Assembly: GCF_047605725.1 (NCBI RefSeq)
Contig: NZ_JASGFE010000003.1
Coordinates: 13,683-77,682, forward strand
DNA length: 64,000 bases
Reading direction: 5' to 3'
Origin: Microbacterium sp.
GTDB taxonomy: Bacteria > Actinomycetota > Actinomycetes > Actinomycetales > Microbacteriaceae
Shown here: one piece after another, positions 63,540-64,000 of the stretch
Position numbering within the stretch: the first letter of the stretch is position 1
Layout: every line of letters begins with the position of its first letter
Made by a program: the position numbers and the translations under genes
Notes under the pieces: model-generated
Seen by the model: only the letters and a program-made list of their open reading frames with translations
Databases searched by the model: none
Told to the model about the DNA's origin: nothing

Positions 63540-64000
63540 CGCTCTCTACGGTACAGGGCCGCGCGCTCCTCGATCCGCGCGGCGAGGCCGTCGGGACCCG
63601 CGGAGAGGATGCTGCGGCTCTCGCTGCCGATGACGAACGGCGCCAGCTTTCCGAACCGATCGCGCAACTGGGCGGGCTCGGCGCCCTGGGCGCCGAAGCC
63701 CGGCGCGAGAATCGGCGCCGGCACCCGCAGCACCTCGGGCAGTCCGGAGAAATGATGGTCCACGGTCGCGCCGACGACGAACCCGATCGGCGACCACTGA
63801 TCGGGTCGCCCGCGCGCGAGTGCCCACGCGGTGACGTCGTCGATGACGAGATGGGGCAGGGTGCGCGGCGGCTGGTCGGCACCCTGGGAGATCGCGCGCT
63901 GCAGATCGATCGCCTCGGGGTTGCTCGTCGCGGCGAGGACGAAGACGCCCTTGCCGTGGGTGTCGGCGAGATCGAACGTGTCCGTCAGCGCCCCGACGCC
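63536..64000 (-). CDS. pyrF: Orotidine 5'-phosphate decarboxylase (3' part, truncated by window edge)
   Basis: [35 protein letters not shown]; position upstream of gmk. Confidence 0.9.
   Translation of the reverse strand, partial: GVGALTDTFDLADTHGKGVFVLAATSNPEAIDLQRAISQGADQPPRTLPHLVIDDVTAWALARGRPDQWSPIGFVVGATVDHHFSGLPEVLRVPAPILAPGFGAQGAEPAQLRDRFGKLAPFVIGSESRSILSAGPDGLAARIEERAALYRRER

Overview
High-GC actinobacterial chromosomal window. Gene order and protein style point to Microbacteriaceae, probably Microbacterium (inference). The backbone is the conserved region pyrF(partial)-mIHF/gmk-rpoZ-metK-priA-fmt-rsmB-rpe-hisEGFI-trpCBA-lgt-gltBD-pyk-tRNA-Leu-ANTAR regulator-polA, plus trmI-fkbp-pafBC-helY-lnt-rbpA and uppP/PAC2/tRNA-Leu. 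Accessory material includes an amidase/M20/MHS/LysR catabolic cluster, a ~4.3 kb islet with three type II toxin-antitoxin pairs and gene fragments, and a GT-C glycosyltransferase-like gene inserted between gmk and rpoZ. The least explained signals are non-genic. (i) The heptamer GGATGCC/GGCATCC is strongly iterated, with about 94 copies counted by eye. (ii) There is a set of 50-90 bp palindromic intergenic elements, several with a shared 19-bp sub-repeat architecture. They tend to sit at accessory-gene borders, and two of them bracket the GT-C gene as 50-bp direct repeats. No CRISPR array, rRNA, integrase or transposase was seen. All product calls come from motif recognition by eye, not database searches.
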